Program-made: the position numbers and the translations under genes | The notes under the pieces: model-generated | Database searches by the model: none | What the model saw: only the letters and a program-made list of their open reading frames with translations | What the model was told of the DNA's origin: nothing | Part shown: positions 41,347 to 48,284 of the stretch, piece after piece | Layout: every line of letters begins with the position of its first letter | Position numbering within the stretch: the first letter of the stretch is position 1 | Origin: an uncultured Halobacteriales archaeon | GTDB lineage: Archaea > Halobacteriota > Halobacteria > Halobacteriales > Hikarchaeaceae | Assembly (NCBI GenBank): GCA_964628745.1 | Contig: CAZVOR010000002.1 | Coordinates: 1-48,284 of the forward strand | Reading direction: 5' to 3' | Length of the DNA stretch: 48,284 bases

Positions 41347-43881
41347 ATGAGCGGTCGAGAGCTCCCCCCGTCCGCCGGCACGGTCGTCATCGGCGCGGGC
41401 ATCGTCGGCAACAGCCTGACCTACCACCTCGCCCGGATGGGCCGGGACGACATCCTCCTGCTCGACAAGGGGCCGCTTCCCGACCCGGGCGGCTCGACCG
41501 GGCACGCCTCGAACTTCCTGATGCCCGTCGAGCACAGCAAGGAGATGACCCACCTCACCCGGCGGTCCATCGAGATGTACGACGAGATGGACACGTTCAA
41601 CGAGTCCGGCGGGATCGAGGTCGCCCGGACCGAGGAGCGGATGCAGGAGCTCCACCGGCGGATGCAGTCGGCGAAGGCCTGGGGAGAACGCGCGTCGATG
41701 CTCACGCCCGAGGAGGTCAAGGAGCTCGTGCCGTACATCAACGAGGACCTCATCCTCGGCGGCTTCCACTCGGAGGGCGCCGGGGTCTGTGACCCGCTCC
41801 GCGCGGGCGAGATCATGCGCGAGCGCTCGGACGACATGATGGACGGCGGCCTGACGGTCTCGCCGAACACCGAGGTGCTCGACCTCCACGTCGAGGACGG
41901 GGCGATCGCCGCCGTCGAGACCGACCGCGGTACGGTGGAGTGTAACGAGGTCGCCATCTGCTGTGGCCTCTGGAGCCCGAAGATCGCGAAGATGGCCGGG
42001 GTCGAGATCCCGCTGACGCCCGCCGTCCACCAGATGATATCGGTGGGGCCCATCGAGTTCTTCGAGCAGTTCGAAGGCGAGATCAACCACCCGGTCGTCC
42101 GCGACATGGACACCCAGATGTACGAGCGGCCGAGCGGGAACGACCTCGAGGTCGGCTCGTACCAGCACCGGCCCATCCTCTGGGACGTCGAGGACGTCCC
42201 GTCCATCGACGAGGCGCCGCTGTCGCCGACGCAGCCGCCGCTCACCGAGGACGCCTTCGAGCAATCCATGGCGGACGCCCTCGAGCTGATGCCGGAGGTG
42301 CTCGACGACCCGAGCGCCGGCGTGCGGCTCGAGATCGACGGCCTGCTCTCGGAGGCCCCCGACGGCGCGCCGCTGCTCGGGCCGCTCCAGGACGTCGAGG
42401 GGCTCTGGTCGGTGGCGGCCGTCTGGATCAAGGAGGCGCCGGCCATCGGCGAGGCCGTCGCCCAGCAGATGACCCGCGGCTGGTCGGACATCGACATCCA
42501 CGAGTCGAACGTCAACCGGTTCTACGAGTACGGCACGCCCCGGGAGTGGGTGAAGGCCCGGGCCCACGAGCTCTACCAGGAGATCTACGGCATCATCCAC
42601 CCGTCCGAGCAGTGGCAGTCCGGGCGGCCGCTCAGGAAGAGCGCGTTCTACGACGCCCAGGACGACCTCGACGCCCGCTGGTTCGAGACCGCCGGCTGGG
42701 AGCGCCCGCAGTGGTTCGAGTCCAACCGCGACCTGCTGACGAACTACGGCAGCGAGCTGGCCCACCTGATGCGGCCCAACGAGTGGGACTCGCGGTGGTG
42801 GTCGCCCATCATCCTCGCCGAGCACCTCCACATGCGCGACCACGTGGCGATGGTCGGCGACATGGGCTTCACGATCTTCGATCTCGTCGGGCCCGGCGCC
42901 ACCGAGTACGCCGAGAAGATGGCCGTCGGCCGGATGGACGTCGACGTCGGCAAGTCCGTCTACACGCCCGTCCTCGCGGAGAACGGCGGCTTCGTCTCGG
43001 ACCTCACCGTCGTCCGCGTCGGCGAGGACCGCTACCGCGTCATCACCGGCGGCGGGATGGGCGGCCCGGACAAGGCCTGGTTCAGGAGCCACCTGCCCGA
43101 CGACGGCTCGGTCCACCTGGTCGACCAGACGTCGGCGCTCTGCACGCTCGGCGTCTGGGGCCCCGACGCCAGGAACCTCGTGCAGTCGGTCGCCGAGGAG
43201 GACCTCTCCCACGAGGCGTTCGCGCCCTACACGGCCCAGGACGTCACCATCGGCGACGTCGACTGCTGGGCGCTTCGCCTCTCGTACGTCGGCGAGCTGG
43301 GCTGGGAGATATACGCGCCCATGGACCGGGGGGCCCGGCTCTGGGACACCCTCTGGGAGGCGGGGCAGGAGTACGACGTCCGGCCCGTCGGCATGGGCGT
43401 CTACGGGACGACGGGCCGCATGGAGAAGGGCTACCGGCTGTACGGCCACGAGCTCGAGCTCGACTACACGCCGGCCGAGGCCGGGCTCACCTTCCACGGC
43501 GTCAAGGACGCGGACTTCGTCGGCAAGGAGGCCTACGCGGCGGCCATCGACGGGGAGAACGCGGCGACGCTGTGCACGCTCTCGGTGGACGACCACCTGT
43601 CCTCGGCGGGCGAGCGCCGGTTCATGCTCGGCAGCGAGCCCATCCTGGACGGGTCCGGCGAGGTCCTCGTCGACGAGGAGGGCCGGCGGTCGTACGTCAC
43701 GAGCGCCGGGACCGGCCCCTCCGTAGGCAAGCACCTCCTGCTCGGCTACCTGCCGGCGGACCACGCCGAGGAGGGCCGGAGCCTCCAGGTCGAGTACATG
43801 GGCGAGCAGTACCCGGTCACCGTCGAGGTCGTCGGCAGCCGCCCGCTGTTCGACCCCGACAACGAGCGGATCCGGAGCTGA
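41347..43881 (+). CDS. Dimethylglycine/sarcosine dehydrogenase-type enzyme: an N-terminal DAO FAD oxidoreductase fused to a C-terminal GcvT (THF-binding) domain
   Basis: 844 aa. The FAD-binding fold is VVIGAGIVGNSLTYHLA. The GSTGHAS motif sits at the position of the flavinylated His. The C-terminal segments ..VGDMGFTIFDLVGPGA.., SYVGELGWEIY and YGHEL.. are typical of the GcvT fold. Confidence 0.92.
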   Translation: MSGRELPPSAGTVVIGAGIVGNSLTYHLARMGRDDILLLDKGPLPDPGGSTGHASNFLMPVEHSKEMTHLTRRSIEMYDEMDTFNESGGIEVARTEERMQELHRRMQSAKAWGERASMLTPEEVKELVPYINEDLILGGFHSEGAGVCDPLRAGEIMRERSDDMMDGGLTVSPNTEVLDLHVEDGAIAAVETDRGTVECNEVAICCGLWSPKIAKMAGVEIPLTPAVHQMISVGPIEFFEQFEGEINHPVVRDMDTQMYERPSGNDLEVGSYQHRPILWDVEDVPSIDEAPLSPTQPPLTEDAFEQSMADALELMPEVLDDPSAGVRLEIDGLLSEAPDGAPLLGPLQDVEGLWSVAAVWIKEAPAIGEAVAQQMTRGWSDIDIHESNVNRFYEYGTPREWVKARAHELYQEIYGIIHPSEQWQSGRPLRKSAFYDAQDDLDARWFETAGWERPQWFESNRDLLTNYGSELAHLMRPNEWDSRWWSPIILAEHLHMRDHVAMVGDMGFTIFDLVGPGATEYAEKMAVGRMDVDVGKSVYTPVLAENGGFVSDLTVVRVGEDRYRVITGGGMGGPDKAWFRSHLPDDGSVHLVDQTSALCTLGVWGPDARNLVQSVAEEDLSHEAFAPYTAQDVTIGDVDCWALRLSYVGELGWEIYAPMDRGARLWDTLWEAGQEYDVRPVGMGVYGTTGRMEKGYRLYGHELELDYTPAEAGLTFHGVKDADFVGKEAYAAAIDGENAATLCTLSVDDHLSSAGERRFMLGSEPILDGSGEVLVDEEGRRSYVTSAGTGPSVGKHLLLGYLPADHAEEGRSLQVEYMGEQYPVTVEVVGSRPLFDPDNERIRS

Positions 43882-43960
43882 GCGCCCGGCCCGCGGGCGA
43901 ACCTCCCCGGACCGGGGTGACCGGTCGCATTACAACCACGGCGGACGAACCCACACACGA

Positions 43961-44731
43961 ATGGTAGACGTACTGGCGTGCATCAAGCGCGTCCCGGACA
44001 CGGGAGCGAAGATCGTACTGACCGACGACCGGCAGGGCATCGACGCGAGCAACCTCGGCTTCACGATGAGCCCCCACGAGGAGTGCGCCATCGAGGAGGC
44101 CGTCCAGCTCGTCGAGGAGCACGGGGGCGCCTCGACGGTGCTGACGCTCGGTTCGGACGAGGCGACCGAGCAGCTCCGCACGGGGCTGGCCATGCAGGCC
44201 GACGAGGCGGTCCTTCTGGAGACCGACGGCGAGGAGTGGGAGCCCCGGGCGACCGCGCACGCCATCGCCTCGGAGGTCGCCGACGGCGACGCCGTGCCGT
44301 TCGACCTCCTGCTGTTCGGCAACGAGTCGGCCGACCAGGAGAACTACCAGGTCGGCGTCCGCGTGGCGCGGCGCCTCGGCCTGCCCTGCGTGACGGGCAT
44401 CAAGGGCCTCGAGCTACGGGACGGCACCGCCGTCGCGAGCCGCGAGGTGACGGGCGGTCGGGAGGTCTACGAGCTCGAGCTGCCGGCGGTCGTCACCGTC
44501 AAGGAGGGCATCAACTCGCCGCGGTACGCGTCGATGCGGGCCCGGATGCAGGCGCGCAAACAGGAGGTCGCGCGGTCGACGCCCGACCCCGGCGAGCACG
44601 CCGGGTCCTTCGAGAGGGTCCGCCTCGAGGCGCCTGCCGAGGACGAGGGCGGGGCCGAGGTGCTCGGCGAGGGGCCGGAGGCCGCCCCCGAGGTCGTCCG
44701 CGTCCTCCGGGACGAGGTGGAGGTGCTCTGA
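43961..44731 (+). CDS. etfB: Electron transfer flavoprotein, beta subunit
   Basis: The segments are MVDVLACIKRVPDT, MSPHEECAIEEAV, LLLFGNESAD and LPAVVTVKEGINSPRY. Confidence 0.92.
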   Translation: MVDVLACIKRVPDTGAKIVLTDDRQGIDASNLGFTMSPHEECAIEEAVQLVEEHGGASTVLTLGSDEATEQLRTGLAMQADEAVLLETDGEEWEPRATAHAIASEVADGDAVPFDLLLFGNESADQENYQVGVRVARRLGLPCVTGIKGLELRDGTAVASREVTGGREVYELELPAVVTVKEGINSPRYASMRARMQARKQEVARSTPDPGEHAGSFERVRLEAPAEDEGGAEVLGEGPEAAPEVVRVLRDEVEVL

Positions 44732-44732
44732 C

Positions 44733-45701
44733 GTGGTCCTCGCGTTCGTCGAACACGACGAGGGGGAACCGGACGAGGCCTCCCTGGAGACGCTCACGCT
44801 GGCCCGGGAGCTCGCCGCCGCGGCCGACGAGGCCGTGTCGGCGGCCGTCTTCGGGGCCGGCGGCGGGGCCACGGCCGGCGAGCTGGGCACCTACGGCGTC
44901 GACGTCGTCTACCACGTGACGCCGGCGGAGCTGGACGGGTACGCGCCGGCCGCCTGGGGCGAGAGCCTCGTCCTGCTCGCCGCGGAGCTCGAGCCGGCGG
45001 CGGTCGTCGCGCCCGGCAGCGACCGCGGCCACGAGGTCCTGACCCACGTCGGGGCCACCCTCGGCCTCCCGTTGGCGGCCAACTGCGTCGCGGTCGACCC
45101 CGGCGAGGCGTACGAGGTGACCCGGCAGCGCTGGGGGGGCAGCCTCCTCGAGCACGCCCGGCTCGACGCGGAGCCGAAGCTGCTGACGGCCGCCGAGCAC
45201 GAGGTCGGGCTCGAGGCGGCCGCCGAGGCGACCGACCCCGGGGTCGAGCCGTTCGAGCCGGCGCTCGACGACGCCCACCGGCGGGTCCGCGTCGACCGGT
45301 TCGAGGAGGCCGACGTCGAGGGGGTCCCGCTCGGCGAGGCCCGCGTCGTGGTCAGCGGCGGCCGCGGGGTCGGCGGTCCGGAGGGCTACGACAAGCTCGA
45401 GGAGCTGGCCGACCTGCTCGGCGGGACCGTCGGCGCCTCGCGGGCCGCGGTCAACGAGGGCTGGCGGCCCCACGACGACCAGGTCGGGCTCACGGGGGCG
45501 AAGATCAGCCCGGACATCTACATCGCCTGCGGTATCAGCGGCGCCATCCAGCACATGGTCGGCTGCAAGGGCGCGAAGAACATCCTGGCCATCAACACGG
45601 ACCCGGAGGCGGCCATCATGGGCAAGGCCGAGTACGCGGTCGTCGGCGACCTGCACGAGGTCGTGCCCGCCATCATCGAGGAGATCGAGCAGTCGGAGTG
45701 A
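44733..45701 (+). CDS. etfA: Electron transfer flavoprotein, alpha subunit
   Basis: The GTG start lies 1 nt after the etfB stop. The C-terminal FAD-binding block is VVSGGRGVG...GASRAAV.EGW.PHDDQVGLTGAKISPDIYIACGISGAIQHMVG. Confidence 0.92.
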   Translation: MVLAFVEHDEGEPDEASLETLTLARELAAAADEAVSAAVFGAGGGATAGELGTYGVDVVYHVTPAELDGYAPAAWGESLVLLAAELEPAAVVAPGSDRGHEVLTHVGATLGLPLAANCVAVDPGEAYEVTRQRWGGSLLEHARLDAEPKLLTAAEHEVGLEAAAEATDPGVEPFEPALDDAHRRVRVDRFEEADVEGVPLGEARVVVSGGRGVGGPEGYDKLEELADLLGGTVGASRAAVNEGWRPHDDQVGLTGAKISPDIYIACGISGAIQHMVGCKGAKNILAINTDPEAAIMGKAEYAVVGDLHEVVPAIIEEIEQSE

Positions 45702-46207
45702 CGAGCGGCTCGGCGCCGGCGTTCCCGGGACTCGGGCCCCGTCCCGACACCGGACCGACCGCCTCCGGAGGCAACCAGCATTCGATCCGGATATCGCTCA
45801 CCGAAGAGGCGCGGGCTGCCGGTTTCGAGAGTCCCGGGTCATCGGCGTTCGGGCGCGGGCATCGACCGAGATGCCATCCCGTTGGACGGTAACGTTCCCG
45901 CTCACGGCACGGCACGCCTCTCACGTGATGAGACAGGGTTCACGGGCGAGGACGCGTACGGACGGGTAAGGCCAACACGTCTGCCCGCCGATAGGGTGTA
46001 TGGCCCGACAGCCCATCGAGGCCGAACTGGTCGGTCGGTTCGGGGCGGCTCGACACGGCTCGTTGATCCGACCGCGTGATCCGAGGGACGGCACTCGAGC
46101 CGTCGCGGACGGGACGGCTGCCGAGTATCCCGCCCTGATCGCCCGGTGTGCCGGTGTCGCAGACGTCCGTTCCCGGCGTGGCAGGGGTCGAAAGGCGGTG
46201 AAGGGCG

Positions 46208-47014
46208 ATGGGTGAGCAGCTACCGGACGTCAGCGAGCGGATCGAGGCCGCCGGGTTGGAAGCGCTGCACGCGGCGGCCAGCGACGAACTGCGTGCCCGG
46301 CTGGGGCTGCGGCTCGAGCGGATCGAAGGGACGCTGGTCTCCATGGCGGCCAACGACCCGTCCATCCTGCTCAATCGGGCAGTCGGGCTCGGGCTGACCC
46401 GGCCGGCGACCCGGGAGGGAATCGAGCGGATCTGTGCGACCTACAGCGAGCACGGGGTCGAACGCTTTTACCTCGGGGTCCATCCCGCGGCTCGCCCCGA
46501 TGGTGTCGAGCAATGGCTGGACGACGCGGGACTCGAGACGGGTCGGCGGTGGATGAAATTCGAGCGGGGACCCGACCAGGCGCCGACGGCCGAATCGAGT
46601 CTCGAGGTACGGGAGATCGGCGAGGAACACGTCGACGCGTTCGGCCGTATCGCGGCGTCGGGGTTCGGTCTGACGCCAGCAGCCGCGCCGTTGTTCCGGG
46701 GGCTCATCGACCGCTCGGGGTTCCACCTGTACATGACCTTCGACGGCGACACGCCCGCCGGCACCGGTCTGGTGTACATCGACGGAGAGTGCGCGTGGTT
46801 CGACTGGGCCGCGACGGACCCGGCGTCTCGCCGGCGGGGGAGCCAGCGGTCCGTCCTGGCGCGACGCATCGAAGACGCCCTGGACGCCGGTTGCACGCGG
46901 TTGCTGACCTGTACCGGCGAGGCCGTCCCCGGCGATCCGCAGCACTCGTACCACAACATCGAATGGGCGGGGTTCGAGCCGAAGTTCCTGCGCGAAAACT
47001 GGAGGCCGACGTAA
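46208..47014 (+). CDS. GNAT-family N-acetyltransferase
   Basis: 268 aa. The acetyl-CoA motif region is WAATDPASRRRGSQRSVLARRIEDALDAGC. Codon usage (more GAA, GGT, CGT, TTG; TAA stop) is less GC3-biased than in the neighbours. Confidence 0.8.
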   Translation: MGEQLPDVSERIEAAGLEALHAAASDELRARLGLRLERIEGTLVSMAANDPSILLNRAVGLGLTRPATREGIERICATYSEHGVERFYLGVHPAARPDGVEQWLDDAGLETGRRWMKFERGPDQAPTAESSLEVREIGEEHVDAFGRIAASGFGLTPAAAPLFRGLIDRSGFHLYMTFDGDTPAGTGLVYIDGECAWFDWAATDPASRRRGSQRSVLARRIEDALDAGCTRLLTCTGEAVPGDPQHSYHNIEWAGFEPKFLRENWRPT

Positions 47015-47428
47015 CGCACCCTGTCATCCGGATTGGCGTTCCCCGACGTTCGCCGTCGGCGATCGGACCGGTTCGCGGAACGGCGCATTGCTGACGCGGC
47101 TCGACGCCGGATCCGACCATGTCCGCTCGCCGCGTGGAACCCCACGATCGACGGCGCTGCGGGCCAACGATCGACCGGATGGGATGCGGGGCGCAGAATG
47201 TCCCACCACCACGCGCCACGATCAGTCGCTTGCCGCTCGACGGGGCGAGAGCGGGCGTCGAGTCCACGGAGCACGGCCCCCGGATGACACGCCCCACGCC
47301 CGCTATTCACCGCCGCGACGGTCCCGAGGGCACTCGTGAACGAGGCTCGCGCCGACGGTCGCTCCACGAATCACCTGGCGACCACCCGGTGGCGGTGCTT
47401 TTGGTCCCGGCGACCCAACCGGCGACCC

Positions 47429-48284
47429 ATGGCAGCGGAGGACCGGCGGTCCGCCGGGTTCAAGGACGTCACGCGGCTCGCCGACGCCCGCGAGCGGCTG
47501 CTCGACGCCGTCGAGCCCCACGGCCGGACCGAGGCCGTCCCGCTCCTCGAGGCAGACGGCCGGGCCGTGGCCGAGCCGGTGGCGGCGAGCCGCCCCGTGC
47601 CACACTACGCCCGGGCGGCCATGGACGGCTACGCCGTCCGCGCCGAGGACACGTTCGGGGCGTCGGCCCGCTCGCCGGTCGTCCTCGAACCGGCCGACGC
47701 GGCGGGACCCCGACGGGCGGTCCGGGTCCACACCGGCAGCGAGCTCCCCGACGGCGCGGACGCGGTCGTCATGGTCGAGCAGGTCGAGGCGGTCGGGGCC
47801 GAGCTCGAGGTGTTCGACGCCGTCGCCGAGGGCGAGAACGTCGGCGCCGTCGGCGAGGACGTCGAGGCCGGCCGGTCGCTCTACGAGCCGCCGCACGAGC
47901 TGCGGCCGTCGGACCTCGGCCTGCTGAAGTCGGTGGGGCTCGCGACGATACCGGTGTACGAGCGCCCGCGCGTCGCCGTCGTCCCGACCGGCGAGGAGCT
48001 GGTCCAGGCCGACCCCGCGCCCGGCGAGATAATCGAGACGAACGGCCAGACGGTCGCCCAGCTGGTCGCCCGCTGGGGCGGCGACCCGAGCTACCGGGAC
48101 GTCGTGACCGACGACCGGGACGCACTGCGCGAGGCCGTCGAGGCCGACCTCGACCACGACGCCGTCGTGACGACGGGTGGCTCCTCCGTGGGCGAGCGCG
48201 ACCTCGTCCCCGAGATCGTCGCCGACCTAGGCGAGGTGCTGGTCCACGGCGTCGCGCTGAAGCCGGGCCACCCCGTCGCGCTCG
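47429..48284 (+). CDS. moeA: Molybdopterin molybdenumtransferase MoeA, an N-terminal ~285 aa fragment that continues beyond the window
   Basis: The frame is open from ATG 47429 to the window end (there is no stop, so it is absent from the track). The sequence is MAAEDRRSAGFKDVTRLADARERLL...AAMDGYAVRAEDT...VRVHTGSELPDGADAVVMVE...TTGGSSVGERDL...GVALKPGHP. Confidence 0.88.
   Translation, partial: MAAEDRRSAGFKDVTRLADARERLLDAVEPHGRTEAVPLLEADGRAVAEPVAASRPVPHYARAAMDGYAVRAEDTFGASARSPVVLEPADAAGPRRAVRVHTGSELPDGADAVVMVEQVEAVGAELEVFDAVAEGENVGAVGEDVEAGRSLYEPPHELRPSDLGLLKSVGLATIPVYERPRVAVVPTGEELVQADPAPGEIIETNGQTVAQLVARWGGDPSYRDVVTDDRDALREAVEADLDHDAVVTTGGSSVGERDLVPEIVADLGEVLVHGVALKPGHPVAL

Noticed and set aside
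41276-41350. A Tat-signal-like sequence (..GRRSVLGG..) in the uORF peptide, which would suggest a frameshifted N-terminal signal on the dehydrogenase.
   Set aside because: The FAD-binding GxGxxG lies about 10 residues after ATG 41347, as in cytoplasmic homologues. An ETF-dependent, THF-dependent enzyme is not expected to be exported. There is no evidence of a frameshift.
1-48284. A window-wide search for CRISPR arrays, IS elements or transposases, integrases, toxin-antitoxin pairs, rRNA genes and restriction-modification genes.
   Set aside because: I saw no regularly spaced repeats of 25-40 nt, no terminal inverted repeats flanking DDE- or IS200-like ORFs, and no recognisable motifs of these families. 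The only repeats are the short tandem ones reported above.

Overview
This is a very GC-rich, gene-dense segment that reads like a haloarchaeal (class Halobacteria) chromosome. The proteins are acidic, a TFB gene is present, and there is an intron-containing tRNA with a bulge-helix-bulge splice motif. AT-rich TATA-like boxes sit about 25-35 nt upstream of many start codons, which suggests leaderless mRNAs. Most large ORFs in the six-frame track are Arg/Pro/Gly-rich antisense shadow ORFs, and I rejected them. I support about 45 protein genes and 1 tRNA. I found no rRNA, CRISPR array, IS element or transposase, integrase or prophage signature. Positions 1-22 kb hold mostly housekeeping genes: class II RNR NrdJ, a disulfide reductase, elongator-type tRNA-Met(CAU), MOSC, CDP-alcohol phosphatidyltransferase, ABCE1, PPAT, a PfkB kinase, TFB, a PRTase, a Mut7-C nuclease and a MrfA/YprA-like helicase. 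Positions 22.3-45.7 kb are the most interesting part. They form a tight, bidirectional cluster that combines two BCCT osmolyte carriers with a DmdA/GcvT-like aminomethyltransferase-fold enzyme and a dimethylglycine/sarcosine-dehydrogenase-type DAO+GcvT fusion followed by etfBA. The cluster also carries a full THF C1-oxidation set (MetF, two FolD paralogues, formate-THF ligase) and a Thr/Ser ammonia-lyase that is translationally coupled to FolD. I read this as a candidate catabolic island for glycine-betaine-type methylated osmolytes. Its first demethylase may be a THF-dependent enzyme that produces methyl-THF. Secondary observations are a Ku-like small protein, an ABCE1 with a cysteine-free FeS-type domain, a long possibly regulatory leader in front of one BCCT gene, a recurring GAAC/GTTC palindromic motif in intergenic regions, short tandem repeats at gene ends, and a compositionally odd GNAT islet. 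All functional calls rest on by-eye motif recognition, and no searches were run.
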